Below are positions 52,156 through 62,409 of a stretch of DNA of 64,000 nucleotides, one piece after another. Source of the DNA: an uncultured Sphingomonadaceae bacterium (GTDB lineage: Bacteria; Pseudomonadota; Alphaproteobacteria; Sphingomonadales; Sphingomonadaceae); NCBI GenBank assembly GCA_964246315.1, contig CAXTPT010000011.1:1228-65227 (forward strand), given 5' to 3'. The notes beneath the pieces were generated by a model that was given only the letters and a program-made list of their open reading frames with translations, was not told the origin of the DNA and ran no database searches. Position 1 is the stretch's first letter, and each line of letters begins with the position of its first letter. A program made the translations under genes and the position numbers.

Positions 52156-52889
52156 CGCGCTTCCGGCTGACCATCGAATATGACGGGCGCCCGTTCATGG
52201 GCTGGCAGCGGCAGGATCACGGTCCGAGCGTGCAGGCCAGCCTCGAGCGCGCGATCCTGAGCACGCTCAGTGAGGAAGCCACGGTCCACGCCGCGGGCCG
52301 CACCGACGCCGGCGTCCACGCCCGTGCGATGGTCGCGCATGTCGATATACAGCGGACGATTACCGCCGAACGCCTGACGGGCGCGCTCAACGCCGGGGTG
52401 CGGCCCGATCCGGTCAGCGTGATCGCTTGCAGCGAGATCGATCACGAATTTCACGCGCGTTTTTCGTGTGTTGCGCGGCACTATGAATATATCATGGTCA
52501 ATCGCCGCAGCCCGCTGGCACTCGATATAGGGCTGGCGTGGCGCGTCTGGCCCGAACTCGATGCCGCCGCGATGCACGAGGCGGCCCAGCGCCTCGTCGG
52601 CCTTCACGACTTCACGACCTTCCGCTCGGCCCACTGCCAGGCTGAATCGCCCGTCCGGACGCTCGACCGGCTCGAGGTCACGCGCGATGGAGAGCGCATC
52701 CTGATTCACGCTTCGGCGCGCAGCTTCCTTCATCATCAGGTACGCTCGATGACCGGCTGCCTGGCGCTGGTCGGCGAAGGCAAATGGACCGCCGACGACC
52801 TCGGGGCCGCGCTGATGGCGAAAGAACGCGCGGCGCTCGGCTTCAACGCCCCGCCCGACGGGCTCTACTTCATCGGCGCGGACTACTGA
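52152..52889 (+). CDS. truA: tRNA pseudouridine(38-40) synthase
   Basis: [35 protein letters not shown]. Confidence 0.96.
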   Translation: MTRFRLTIEYDGRPFMGWQRQDHGPSVQASLERAILSTLSEEATVHAAGRTDAGVHARAMVAHVDIQRTITAERLTGALNAGVRPDPVSVIACSEIDHEFHARFSCVARHYEYIMVNRRSPLALDIGLAWRVWPELDAAAMHEAAQRLVGLHDFTTFRSAHCQAESPVRTLDRLEVTRDGERILIHASARSFLHHQVRSMTGCLALVGEGKWTADDLGAALMAKERAALGFNAPPDGLYFIGADY

Positions 52890-54070
52890 CCGATCAGGAT
52901 TTCGCGCGCGGGGCCGTGGCCGAGGAACGCTGCCGGGCTGGCGGAGGCGCCATAGGCTCCGGCCATAAAGATGGCGATGACGTCGCCCACCTCGGCGCGC
53001 GGCAAGTCCACCTGATTGGCGAGCAGATCGAGCGGAGTGCACAGGCAGCCGACGACACTGACGATCTCGCGCGGCCCCTGCCCGCCGACCACCGCTACCG
53101 GATAGTTCCGCCGCACCACCGTCCCGAAATTGCCGCTGGCGGCCAGTTGGTGATGCAGGCCCCCATCGACGACGAGAAAGGTTTCGCCGCGGCTTTGCTT
53201 CCGGTCGATGACCTGCGTGAGGTAGACCCCCGCCTCGCTGACCAGCCAGCGGCCGAGTTCGATGGCGAAGCGGCTTTCGCGCACGATCGGCGCCCGTCCG
53301 GCAAGGGATCGAGCAAGGCGCGCGCCGATCAGCGGAACATCGAGTTCGCGGTCGCCCGCGAAATAAGGCACGCCGAAGCCGCCGCCGAGGTTGACCAGCG
53401 GCGGCGGCGCGCCCGCCGCCTCGCCGATCTCCGCCGCAAGCGCGAGCGTGGCGGCCTGGGTGTCGGCGATCGCCTCGGCGTCGAGGCTTTGACTGCCGGT
53501 GAAGATATGCAGCCCCTGCCAGTCGGCGCCCGCGTCGATCAGCCGCCGCACCAACGCCGGCACGCGCTCGGCATCGACACCGAAGGGCGACGCGAAGCCA
53601 CCCATCTTCATCCCCGAGCCCTTGAGCGCGAAGCTCGGGTTCACCCGCACTGCCAATCTTGGCGCGGCGCCAAGACGTGCGGCGATCGCCAGCGCGCGAT
53701 CGGCCTCGCTTTCGCTTTCGAGGTTGAGCGTGACGCCGGCCTCAATCGCCTGTTCCAGTTCGGCGTCGGTCTTGCCCGGTCCAGCAAAGCTGATGTGCGT
53801 CGCTCCCGCCGTCACGGCCATCGCCAATTCGCCGCCCGATGCTACATCGATCCCGTCGACCATCGGCACTATTGCGGCCAGCAAAGGCGCGAACGGATTG
53901 GCCTTCATCGCATAATGAATGGAAACACCGTCGGGCAACGCATTGCGAAGCCTGGCGATCTTCTCGGCCACCAGGCGCAGATCGTAAACGAACGCCGGTG
54001 TCTGTCCGGGCGACAGGTCATTCAACCGTTCGGCCGTCCACCATGCGGGAATGGCGCCATGCGGCTTCAC
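52883..54070 (-). CDS. PLP-dependent decarboxylase, exosortase A system-associated type (DAP-decarboxylase fold)
   Basis: HYAMKANP (PLP Lys), [35 protein letters not shown]. Confidence 0.88.
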   Translation of the reverse strand: MKPHGAIPAWWTAERLNDLSPGQTPAFVYDLRLVAEKIARLRNALPDGVSIHYAMKANPFAPLLAAIVPMVDGIDVASGGELAMAVTAGATHISFAGPGKTDAELEQAIEAGVTLNLESESEADRALAIAARLGAAPRLAVRVNPSFALKGSGMKMGGFASPFGVDAERVPALVRRLIDAGADWQGLHIFTGSQSLDAEAIADTQAATLALAAEIGEAAGAPPPLVNLGGGFGVPYFAGDRELDVPLIGARLARSLAGRAPIVRESRFAIELGRWLVSEAGVYLTQVIDRKQSRGETFLVVDGGLHHQLAASGNFGTVVRRNYPVAVVGGQGPREIVSVVGCLCTPLDLLANQVDLPRAEVGDVIAIFMAGAYGASASPAAFLGHGPAREILIGQ

Positions 54071-55542
54071 GCCCCCGCCCTCACCGCAACGCGATCGAGC
54101 TTGCCATTGGCATTGCGCGGCAGGGTCTGGCGGCGGTCGATCATGCCAGGCACCATATAGGACGGCAACTCGCGCCTGAGATGGGCAAGCAGCGCCGCGT
54201 CGTCGCCCGCGCCGCTCACCGCCAGGCGGATCAGCGCCCCAGCCGCGTCATCGGGCACGCCCCAGGCCACGGCCTCGTCCGCCGCGCCGCTGGCAAGGGC
54301 GGCCGCTTCGACCTCGAAAGGGCTGACGCGCTGTCCCATCGTCTTGATCATCTCGTCGTCGCGGCCCACGAAGAAGAAGCGGCCTTCGCTGTCACGGCGG
54401 ACGGTGTCGCCCGACCACGCCGCCATGCCGCCAAGTCTGGACCAGGGCGGCGCCGGACGGAAGCGCGCTGCGGTGCGCTCCGCGTCTTGCCAATAGCCCT
54501 GGGCGACGAGCGGACCCGCGTGAACCAGTTCGCCGGGCTCGCCCGGCGCGGCCTCGCTGCCATCAGGGCGGACGGCCATCACCTCGGCAAAGGGAATTTG
54601 CCGGCCCATCGAGGTTGGATAGGCCGTGACTTCTGCCGGATCGAGATAGGTTGAGCGGAACGCCTCGGTCAGGCCGTACATCGGAACGATGCCGGCGTTG
54701 GGAAAGCATGTCCGCATCCGCTCGATCAGCGCGGGCGTCAGCGCACCTCCCGTATTGGCGACGCGGCGGAGGCTCGCCCCGGCTTCTCCCCAATCAAGCG
54801 CGAGGAGTTGCGTCCATAGCGGCGGAACGGCGGTGAGCGAGGTGATTTTAAGGCGTTGCACCGCCTTCATGACGTCACGCGGCAGCAAATAGTCGAGCGG
54901 CACCGCGGTCGCCCCCGCGCGCCAGGTCGAAAACAGCTGGCTTTGTCCCGCATCAAAGCCGAGCGGCAGCACCGCCAGAACGCGCTCTTCGGGCGCGACC
55001 TGGAGATAATGCGCGACGCTGACCGCGCCGAGCCACAAATTGGCGTGGCTGAGCATCACCCCCTTCGGCCGCCCGGTGGAACCCGAGGTATACATCAGCG
55101 CCACGAGCCCGTCTGGATCGGCAGCGGATGGCGGCAATGGTTCGCCCTGCCCCGCTTTGGCCACGACCCGACAGTCGGCAGGCACATCGCCACGGTCGAA
55201 CGTCGCCGCACGGCTTTCGGCAGTGAGCAGCAGCCCCGCTCCACTATCCGCCAGGATATGCGCCACCTGTGCCCGCTTAAGCATCGGATTGACCGGCACA
55301 TGCACCAAGCCCGCACGCGCCGCGGCAAGCGGCATCAGGCAGGCCTCGACCGTCTTGGGCAGCCAGGTCGCGACGCGCGAACCAGCTGCGAATCCGAACG
55401 ATGCGAGCCATCCGGCCAGCTCGGCCACGCGCTGCTCCGCCTCGGCATAGTGGATCGCCCCGTCCGCGGTGAGCAGCGCGTCGCCGGTACCAAAGCTGAG
55501 CAGATGGTCGAGCGGACGCGGCACGGGATCGAGCGGGACCAT
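54067..55542 (-). CDS. AMP-forming acyl-CoA ligase, exosortase A system-associated type
   Basis: YTSGSTGRPKGV, MYGLTEAFRSTYL, GELVH.GPLVA.GYW, FVGR.D; overlaps the decarboxylase. Confidence 0.88.
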   Translation of the reverse strand: MVPLDPVPRPLDHLLSFGTGDALLTADGAIHYAEAEQRVAELAGWLASFGFAAGSRVATWLPKTVEACLMPLAAARAGLVHVPVNPMLKRAQVAHILADSGAGLLLTAESRAATFDRGDVPADCRVVAKAGQGEPLPPSAADPDGLVALMYTSGSTGRPKGVMLSHANLWLGAVSVAHYLQVAPEERVLAVLPLGFDAGQSQLFSTWRAGATAVPLDYLLPRDVMKAVQRLKITSLTAVPPLWTQLLALDWGEAGASLRRVANTGGALTPALIERMRTCFPNAGIVPMYGLTEAFRSTYLDPAEVTAYPTSMGRQIPFAEVMAVRPDGSEAAPGEPGELVHAGPLVAQGYWQDAERTAARFRPAPPWSRLGGMAAWSGDTVRRDSEGRFFFVGRDDEMIKTMGQRVSPFEVEAAALASGAADEAVAWGVPDDAAGALIRLAVSGAGDDAALLAHLRRELPSYMVPGMIDRRQTLPRNANGKLDRVAVRAGA

Positions 55543-55610
55543 GCGCGCTCCCCTAGCGGCTCCCCTCTCCGCTTGCGACCCCGCACCCTCGCGGCTAGTC
55601 GCATTACCGC

Positions 55611-55865
55611 ATGGGGGCCGCTGACCAGATCGTTCGCGAAACGCTTCGCGATAGCCTGTCGCTCGATCAGGCGCGCGTCGACGCGATGGGCCGGGACACC
55701 CCGTTGTTCGGCGCGCTGCCCGAGCTGGATTCGATGGCGGTAGCGACGCTGCTGACCGAACTCGAGGATCGCCTCGGCACGATTATCGACGATGACGAGG
55801 TCGATGCCGAGATGCTCGAGACATTTGGGGCGTTGGTGGCGTTCGCCGAGAAGAAGCTGGCCTAG
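55611..55865 (+). CDS. Acyl/peptidyl carrier protein
   Basis: 84 aa, acidic, LPELDSMAV phosphopantetheine Ser motif; divergent from the ligase. Confidence 0.9.
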   Translation: MGAADQIVRETLRDSLSLDQARVDAMGRDTPLFGALPELDSMAVATLLTELEDRLGTIIDDDEVDAEMLETFGALVAFAEKKLA

Positions 55866-56863
55866 TCGCCGGTTATTTTCGGCGAGCCGAGATCGCCTTG
55901 CCCAACGCTCGCACCAGCCATTTCCAGCATGCGGTCCAAACTCTTCTTCGCCCGGACGCGCAGACCTTCCTCGATCTCGATCCGCGGTTCCAGGTCGCGT
56001 AGCGCGATGTAGAGTTTCTCCATCGTGTTGAGCGCCATATAGGGACAGATATTGCAGTTGCAGTTGCCGTCAGCCCCCGGCGCGCCGATGAAGTTTTTGT
56101 GCGGCAGCGCCTTGGTCATCTGATGGATGATGTGCGGTTCGGTGGCGACGATCAGCGTGTCACCGGGCAGCGCCTTGGCGTAGTCGAGGATGCCGCTGGT
56201 CGAACCGACATAATCGGCATGATCGAGGATGTGCGCCGGGCATTCGGGATGCGCCGCGACGGGCGCGCCGGGATGTTGCGCCTTGAGCTTGATCAGTTCG
56301 GTTTCCGAAAACGCTTCGTGGACGATGCACACGCCCGGCCACAGCAGCATGTCGCGCCCGGTCTTGCGCTTGAGATAGCCGCCGAGATGCTTGTCGGGGC
56401 CGAAGATAATTTTTTGGCTTGGCGAGATTTGGGACAGGATTTTCTCGGCGGACGAGCTGGTGACGATGATATCGCTCAGCCCTTTCACCTCCGCCGAACA
56501 ATTGATGTAGGTCAGTGCGATGTGATCGGGATGTTCGGCGCGGAACTTGGCGAAGACCTCGGGCGGGCAGGAATCCTCGAGGCTGCAACCGGCATCCATA
56601 TCCGGCAGTACGACGATCTTGTCGGGCGACAGGATTTTTGCCGTCTCCGCCATGAAACGCACGCCACAGAACGCTATGACGTCCGCGTCGGTCGCCTGCG
56701 CCTTGCGGCTCAAGTCGAGCGAGTCGCCGACGAAATCGGCAATGTCCTGCAATTCGGGCCGCTGGTAATAATGCGCGAGGATCACCGCGTTGCGCTCCTT
56801 GCGGAGGCGATCGATCTCGGCGCGAAGGTCAAGGCCCTGCAGGCTGCCCGGCTGATAGCTCAT
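55862..56863 (-). CDS. nadA: Quinolinate synthase
   Basis: ILAHYYQ, GDSL.L, FCGV.FMAETAK, AGCSL, TY.N.SA, C.VH, AHPEC, C.CN.CPYM. Confidence 0.96.
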   Translation of the reverse strand: MSYQPGSLQGLDLRAEIDRLRKERNAVILAHYYQRPELQDIADFVGDSLDLSRKAQATDADVIAFCGVRFMAETAKILSPDKIVVLPDMDAGCSLEDSCPPEVFAKFRAEHPDHIALTYINCSAEVKGLSDIIVTSSSAEKILSQISPSQKIIFGPDKHLGGYLKRKTGRDMLLWPGVCIVHEAFSETELIKLKAQHPGAPVAAHPECPAHILDHADYVGSTSGILDYAKALPGDTLIVATEPHIIHQMTKALPHKNFIGAPGADGNCNCNICPYMALNTMEKLYIALRDLEPRIEIEEGLRVRAKKSLDRMLEMAGASVGQGDLGSPKITGD

Positions 56864-56987
56864 ACGCGTTCAGATGGTCGCTGTGGCCAGTCGAGGCAAG
56901 GTGTTATGGGGCGGCGTACCGAACGCGCCGTGATCTTCCCCCGGAAGCGAAGCTTGTTGCTTACTGGCTCTGGCCAACGGCTCAAGG

Positions 56988-57683
56988 TCAGCCAGGGCGG
57001 CGGAGGATTACTTCGAGCGGGGTCGATTCATCCCACAATTCGGTGCTGCGGCCGCTACCTTCAGGGGCGTAGCGCACCGCCACCCGAACATCGCCCAAGC
57101 CCGTTGCCGCCAGCGGCGCGCGAACCAGGCGGGTCATCGCCTCCCGTCCGCTCTCGCGCGCTTTGGCGATCCAGACAGGATCGTTGGCGGTCTCGGCGAC
57201 GATGCCGCCCGCACGCGAAGACACTTGCTGCTGCAGCCGCTGCATGCTGCCGCGCGGCACGATCAGGCCCTTGGGCAGCTCGGCAGTGCCGCGTGCCTCG
57301 TCGATGTTGGGCGCCGCCGGCACGACGTCGGGCACCGTCACGACCATCGTCCGGTTTTGCGCATTCCAGCGCATGTTAGCGGATCCGAAGCGGCGCAGAT
57401 CGACGAAATAGTCGACGCTGTAGGGGAAGCTGCGCGACTGGGTATTGACGATCCGGCCGAACAGAACTGCGTCGCTCGCGCTGCTGCGCACCTGGCCAGA
57501 CAGCGTCGCGACCTTGAGGCTGACCGTCTTGTCGAAGGTCGCGTCGATGATCTTCGCTGATTCGTACGGCACATTGGTTTCGGCGGTCTGGCGCTTGCCA
57601 TGTTCGCGCCACAACAGGATGGCGAGGAGCGCCACAAGGCCGACCCCCACTGCAGCCCAGCGAGACGGCGGGATGGGGGTCAT
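56988..57683 (-). CDS. DUF4230-like membrane-anchored protein
   Basis: N-terminal TM, YSVDYFVDL, V.VP; the 522-aa track ORF is over-extended. Confidence 0.65.
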   Translation of the reverse strand: MTPIPPSRWAAVGVGLVALLAILLWREHGKRQTAETNVPYESAKIIDATFDKTVSLKVATLSGQVRSSASDAVLFGRIVNTQSRSFPYSVDYFVDLRRFGSANMRWNAQNRTMVVTVPDVVPAAPNIDEARGTAELPKGLIVPRGSMQRLQQQVSSRAGGIVAETANDPVWIAKARESGREAMTRLVRAPLAATGLGDVRVAVRYAPEGSGRSTELWDESTPLEVILRRPG

Positions 57684-58528
57684 GCCGCGCGGCGCCAATC
57701 GTCCCCCGACCGCGCCACGACGCCCCGCTGTTCGAGGTCGATCAGATGCGCCAGCACCGACCGGCCTGCCGCTCCGTAAAGCCGCTGGTCGAGCCCCGCA
57801 TACATTTTTGGCACCATCGCCTCGACCAGCCCGATGCCGCCGTCGATCAGGCGGAGGATTTGACCCTCGCGCTGCTTGCGGTGACCGGCCAGCGAGCGGA
57901 CGAAGCGTTGCGGCTGTTCCACGGGATCGCCATGCGCGGGATAATAGATGACGTCCCGGCGGGTCTCGAGCTTGGCGAGGCTGGCCATGTAATCGGCCAT
58001 GTCGCCATCGGGCGGGCTGATCACCGTGGTCGACCAGCCCATGACATGATCGCCGGTGAACAGCGCCCCCTCCTCCATCAGGTCGAAGCAGAGGTGGTTC
58101 GAGGTGTGGCCGGGCGTCGCGACGGCGGCGAGGGTCCAGCCGGAGCCGCTGACCGTTTCGCCGTCGGCCATCACCCGCGCCGGAGCATAGGTGTCGTCGA
58201 AAGCGGCGTCGGCACGCGGCCCCAGATCTTCCAGGACCAATGGCGCACAACCCATCACCGGCGCGGCGGTCCGTGCGGCGAGCGGCTTGGCCGCTGGCGA
58301 ATGGTCCCTGTGCGTGTGCGTGCACAATATGGCGACGATCCGTTCCCCGGCGGTCGCCTCGACGATCGCGTCGAGATGCTCGGCATCGTCGGGGCCGGGG
58401 TCGATCACTGCCACGTCGCCCTGCCCGATCACATAGGTCTGCGTGCCGGTGAAGGTAAAGGGCGACGGATTGCCGGCCGTAATGCGCCGCACCAGCGGAG
58501 ACAATTGCACCGAGCGTTCGCAGGTCAT
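57680..58528 (-). CDS. MBL-fold metallo-hydrolase (LACTB2-like)
   Basis: NPSPFTFTGT.TY, IDPGP, THTHRDHS, TPGHTSNH, FTGDH.M, PAHG. Confidence 0.92.
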   Translation of the reverse strand: MTCERSVQLSPLVRRITAGNPSPFTFTGTQTYVIGQGDVAVIDPGPDDAEHLDAIVEATAGERIVAILCTHTHRDHSPAAKPLAARTAAPVMGCAPLVLEDLGPRADAAFDDTYAPARVMADGETVSGSGWTLAAVATPGHTSNHLCFDLMEEGALFTGDHVMGWSTTVISPPDGDMADYMASLAKLETRRDVIYYPAHGDPVEQPQRFVRSLAGHRKQREGQILRLIDGGIGLVEAMVPKMYAGLDQRLYGAAGRSVLAHLIDLEQRGVVARSGDDWRRAA

Positions 58529-58553
58529 GCGCGCGATGTAGCATCGCGCGCAT
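58527..58553. promoter_or_regulatory. Perfect 12-bp inverted repeat over the MBL start codon
   Basis: ATGCGCGCGATG-TAG-CATCGCGCGCAT. Confidence 0.5.
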
Positions 58554-58565
58554 CACTTACTAGGC

Positions 58566-59090
58566 TCAGTGGACGTTGATCGTTCCCGCCCTGGCAAGCG
58601 CATCGCGCACCTGTTGGCCGATACGGGCATCTGCCAGCGCCTTGCTCACGTGCGCGGCGGTGTTACGCGCCATCTCGGCACGCGCCATGGCGTCCGCAAC
58701 GCGCGCATCAATATTGGCGTCGGCCATTGCCGCGCGAACATTCTCGCGGGTCGCCAGCGCCATCGCACGCTGCACGTCGGCCTGCTTCAGGATGGTGCCG
58801 GTATAGTCGTTGACGCGGCGCGAAATGTCATCGCTCATCGCCTTCACTTGCGGGTCGTCGATCGTGCGGCCGTCAGGACAAGTCATCACCGAGCCGTTGA
58901 TGTTCAGGTTGCGCTGATGGCTGTCGACGTCGACGCCGCATTTGGCCTGGATGAAGGCCTTCTGCGCGGGCGTGAACCAGCTTGCGGGCATGTGCCGCGG
59001 GACGGCGGCGCCGATCGTGTCGTGCGCGGTAAGGGGGGCGGCAGTCGCCGCAAAGGCGAGGCCGAACGGCAGAAGAAAGGCGTGCTTCAT
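58566..59090 (-). CDS. Hypothetical secreted protein (Cys pair plus Ala-rich helical tail)
   Basis: Signal peptide, two Cys 20 aa apart, no SD (apparently leaderless). Confidence 0.75.
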   Translation of the reverse strand: MKHAFLLPFGLAFAATAAPLTAHDTIGAAVPRHMPASWFTPAQKAFIQAKCGVDVDSHQRNLNINGSVMTCPDGRTIDDPQVKAMSDDISRRVNDYTGTILKQADVQRAMALATRENVRAAMADANIDARVADAMARAEMARNTAAHVSKALADARIGQQVRDALARAGTINVH

Positions 59091-59096
59091 GCCGCC

Positions 59097-59138
59097 GCAA
59101 TATGCGAAGCTACATTTGTAGTCAACTACAATTGTAGC
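59097..59138 (-). promoter_or_regulatory. Sigma70 promoter with tandem TACA-NN-TGTA operators (BlaI/MecI/CopY-type)
   Basis: CTACATTTGTAG (59110-59121) and CTACAATTGTAG (59126-59137) flank TTGACT (59125-59120); N17; TATTGC; 6 nt; ATG. Confidence 0.75.
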
Positions 59139-59143
59139 GTGAC

Positions 59144-59479
59144 CTAGCTTGCGGCGTTTTCCGCGCCGAACAGCTCGTGCAGCTCACCCGCTTCGTACAT
59201 CTCCATCATGATGTCCGATCCGCCGACGAATTCGCCGTTGACATAGAGCTGAGGAATGGTCGGCCAGTCGCTATAGGCCTTGATGCCCTGACGGATGCCC
59301 TGATCCTGCAACACGTCCACCGTTTCGAATTCGACGCCGAGATGTTCGAGAATGGAGATCGCGCGGCTCGAAAAACCGCATTGCGGAAAAAGCGGCGTGC
59401 CCTTCATGAACAACACTACCGGGTTCGCCTTGACGATCCCTTCGATCCGGGCGGTCGCGTCGTCGGTCATATCACTCAT
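59144..59479 (-). CDS. grxD: Monothiol glutaredoxin Grx4
   Basis: LFMKGTP.FPQCGFS, SDWPTIPQLYV.GEFVGGSDI. Confidence 0.97.
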   Translation of the reverse strand: MSDMTDDATARIEGIVKANPVVLFMKGTPLFPQCGFSSRAISILEHLGVEFETVDVLQDQGIRQGIKAYSDWPTIPQLYVNGEFVGGSDIMMEMYEAGELHELFGAENAAS

Positions 59480-59485
59480 TCCCCA

Positions 59486-59731
59486 TCAATCTCGTGCCGA
59501 GGTGGGCACCGCGGTGGTCAGTTGCAAGGCATGAAGTTCGCCGCCCATCCGTCCGCCGAGCGCGGTATAGACCGCCTTTTGCTGCGAGATACGGCTCTGC
59601 CCCCGAAAACTCTCCGCCACGACGCGCGCGGCCCAATGGTCGTTGTCGCCCGCCAGGTCGGTCAGTTCGACTTCGGCATCGGGTATGCCCGCCTTGATCA
59701 GCGCTTCGATGTCGGCGGCGGCCATCGGCAT
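59486..59731 (-). CDS. BolA family protein
   Basis: GD.DHW...VV...F.G.SR..Q...VY.ALG..MG.ELHAL.L; grxD-linked. Confidence 0.93.
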   Translation of the reverse strand: MPMAAADIEALIKAGIPDAEVELTDLAGDNDHWAARVVAESFRGQSRISQQKAVYTALGGRMGGELHALQLTTAVPTSARD

Positions 59732-59736
59732 CGCGG

Positions 59737-60060
59737 TTACTGCGATTCCATCAGCTGGCGGCGCGCCTCGACGGTCTTGTCATCAAGGACTTTGCGGATT
59801 TCGCCATCGTCCGTGTCGACCTTCGCCGCGGTCAGATCGCCGAGCAGCTTGCGCACCACATCCTCGTCGCCCATTTCCTCGAAATCCGCCTGCACCACCG
59901 CCTTGGCATAGGCATCGGCCTCTTCGGGCGTCAGTCCCATTTTCTCGGCGGCCCACATGCCGGCAAGCTTGTTGCGCCGCGCGGTGACGCGGAACATCAT
60001 CTCTTCGTCGCGCGCGAATTTGGTTTCGAAGGCGCGCTCGCGATCGTCGAAAGTGCTCAT
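59737..60060 (-). CDS. DUF1476 protein (F1Fo ATPase inhibitor zeta-like)
   Basis: MSTFDDRERAFETKFARDEE..FR..ARRNKL.G.WAAE. Confidence 0.9.
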   Translation of the reverse strand: MSTFDDRERAFETKFARDEEMMFRVTARRNKLAGMWAAEKMGLTPEEADAYAKAVVQADFEEMGDEDVVRKLLGDLTAAKVDTDDGEIRKVLDDKTVEARRQLMESQ

Positions 60061-60094
60061 GCCGTTCCTCTGGTTTCCCCCCTAATCTAGGCAA

Positions 60095-61096
60095 TCAGTC
60101 CGTGACCGTCACCACCAATTTGCCCACCGCCTTGCGCGCGGCCATGTCGGCGATCGCCTGACCGGCCTGTTCGAACCGATAGGTTATCGTCACGCGCGGC
60201 GAAATCTTGCCCTCGTCCCACAGCCTGAACAGCGTTTGCACGTGCGCCTGATGCGCCTGCGGATCGCGCGCGGTGAACGCCCCCCAGAACACGCCGCACA
60301 CGTCGCAGCTCTTGAGCAGCGTCAGGTTGAGCGGCAATTTCGGAATGCCCGCGGGAAAGCCGACGACGAGGTAGCGCCCTTCCCAGGCGATCGAACGCAG
60401 CGCCGGTTCGGCATAGTCACCGCCGACGCCGTCATAAATCACATCGAAACCCACCTTGCCGCCCGCCGCCTTGAACTGCTCGGCCAGCGCCTTGGACTGG
60501 TCCTTGTCGAAAGGCGCCCGGCCATAGATCACGACATCGTCGCAGCCCGCCTCGCGCGCCGCCTGCGCCTTGTCCTCGCTCGACACCGCCCCGACGACGC
60601 GCGCGCCATAGGCCTTGCCCAGTTCGACCGCCGCCAGGCCGACCCCGCCCGCCGCGCCGAGCACCAACAGGCTGTCGCCCGCCTTGATGCGCCCGCGGTC
60701 GACCAGCGCGTGGATCGACGTGCCGTACGTCATCATGAACGCCGCCCCTTCGGCGAACGAGCGGCCCTGCGGCAGCTTCATCGCGCGACTGGCATCGACC
60801 GCGATCTGCTCGACCAGCCCGCCATGGCCGGTCACGGCGAAGACATGGTCCCCGACCGCGAACCCATTGACGCCATCGCCGAGCGCGCTGACCACGCCCG
60901 CGATCTCGCTGCCCGGCGCGAACGGCCGCGGCGGCTTGAACTGGTATTTGTCCTCGATGATCAGCACGTCGGGATAATTGATCGCGCAGGCCTTCACGTC
61001 GATCAGCAGCTGCCCCGGTCCCGCCGGCGGCACGGCGATATCCTGCAATTCGAGCGTGTCGGGGCCGCCCGGGGCGGTCGAGAGCAAGGCCTTCAT
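60095..61096 (-). CDS. NADPH:quinone oxidoreductase family protein
   Basis: INYPD.L...[30 protein letters not shown]. Confidence 0.92.
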   Translation of the reverse strand: MKALLSTAPGGPDTLELQDIAVPPAGPGQLLIDVKACAINYPDVLIIEDKYQFKPPRPFAPGSEIAGVVSALGDGVNGFAVGDHVFAVTGHGGLVEQIAVDASRAMKLPQGRSFAEGAAFMMTYGTSIHALVDRGRIKAGDSLLVLGAAGGVGLAAVELGKAYGARVVGAVSSEDKAQAAREAGCDDVVIYGRAPFDKDQSKALAEQFKAAGGKVGFDVIYDGVGGDYAEPALRSIAWEGRYLVVGFPAGIPKLPLNLTLLKSCDVCGVFWGAFTARDPQAHQAHVQTLFRLWDEGKISPRVTITYRFEQAGQAIADMAARKAVGKLVVTVTD

Positions 61097-61683
61097 GCGA
61101 TCTCCTTGGGTGTCAGCCAATCGGGCTGGCGCGCTTCATGCGCGGCGATGTGGTCCCGGCTGGCGAGCGTCAAGGCGATCTCGTCCGTCCCCGACAACAG
61201 GCAAGATTTGCGGAACGGATCGATCTCGAAACGGAAGCGGTCCTGGAATTGCGTGGTGACGCTCTGGGCCTCGAGGTCGATATGGATCGGCTCGCCCTGT
61301 TCGGCGACCGCCATCAGCCGGTCGACCGCCTCCTGCGGCAGCGCGACGGTAAGCAAGCCGTTCTTGAACGCGTTGCCCGAAAAAATGTCCGAAAAACTCG
61401 GTGCGATCACCGCCTTGATGCCGAGGTCGTTGATCGCCCAGGCGGCATGCTCGCGGCTCGACCCGCAGCCGAAATTGTCCCCGGCGATGAGCACCGGCGC
61501 GCCGGCATGGCGCTCATCGTCGAACACATTGCCCTCTTCCGCCCGCACCGTCTCGAACGCCCCGCGGCCCAACCCCTTGCGCTCGATCGTCTTGAGCCAC
61601 TTCGCCGGAATGATCACGTCGGTATCGACGTTCTTGCGCCCGAACGGATAGGCGCGGCCTTCAATGGTCGAAACGGGCTCCAT
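61093..61683 (-). CDS. leuD: 3-isopropylmalate dehydratase small subunit
   Basis: [40 protein letters not shown]. Confidence 0.95.
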   Translation of the reverse strand: MEPVSTIEGRAYPFGRKNVDTDVIIPAKWLKTIERKGLGRGAFETVRAEEGNVFDDERHAGAPVLIAGDNFGCGSSREHAAWAINDLGIKAVIAPSFSDIFSGNAFKNGLLTVALPQEAVDRLMAVAEQGEPIHIDLEAQSVTTQFQDRFRFEIDPFRKSCLLSGTDEIALTLASRDHIAAHEARQPDWLTPKEIA

Positions 61684-61723
61684 CTCTCTCCCCTGCCCTT
61701 CGACAAGCGCGGGCGCAATCGCT

Positions 61724-62401
61724 ATGGCGCACCAAATGACCGAGCGCCCCGTCCTCACGCCCCCTGATGGCCACAAGCGCGTGCTGCTGCACAGCTGCTG
61801 CGCGCCCTGTTCGGGCGAGGTGATGGAGGCGATGACCGCGTCGGGGATCGATTACACGATCTTCTTCTACAATCCGAACATCCATCCCAAGGCCGAATAT
61901 GAGCTGCGCAAGGAGGAGAATATCCGCTTCGCGCAAGCGCATGACATTTCCTTCGTCGACGCCGATTACGACACGCAGAACTGGTTCCGGCGCGCCAAGG
62001 GCATGGAGCACGAGCCCGAGCGCGGCATCCGCTGCACCATGTGCTTCGACATGCGTTTCGAGCGCACCGCTTTGTACGCGCACGAGCACGGCTTCCCGGT
62101 GATCACCTCGTCGCTCGGCATCTCGCGCTGGAAGAACATGGCGCAGATCAACGATTGCGGCGAGCGCGCCGCGTCGCATTATGACGGCTTGAGCTATTGG
62201 ACGTTCAACTGGCGCAAGGGCGGCGGCGCGGCGCGGATGATCGAGATTTCGAAGCGCGAGCAATTCTACCAGCAGGAATATTGCGGCTGCGTCTATTCGC
62301 TGCGCGACACCAATGCGCATCGCATGAGCCAGGGACGGCCGGAGATCGATCCGGGCAAATTGTTCTACGGCATGGACGAACCCGTCGAAGCTCAATCCTA
62401 A
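61724..62401 (+). CDS. queH: Epoxyqueuosine reductase QueH
   Basis: [35 protein letters not shown]. Confidence 0.93.
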   Translation: MAHQMTERPVLTPPDGHKRVLLHSCCAPCSGEVMEAMTASGIDYTIFFYNPNIHPKAEYELRKEENIRFAQAHDISFVDADYDTQNWFRRAKGMEHEPERGIRCTMCFDMRFERTALYAHEHGFPVITSSLGISRWKNMAQINDCGERAASHYDGLSYWTFNWRKGGGAARMIEISKREQFYQQEYCGCVYSLRDTNAHRMSQGRPEIDPGKLFYGMDEPVEAQS

Positions 62402-62409
62402 CCCGACTT

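Noticed and set aside
56864-56987. NAD riboswitch upstream of nadA
   Set aside because: No recognisable NAD-I/II motif; a CATCTG hexamer 7 nt before the ATG suggests a short leader
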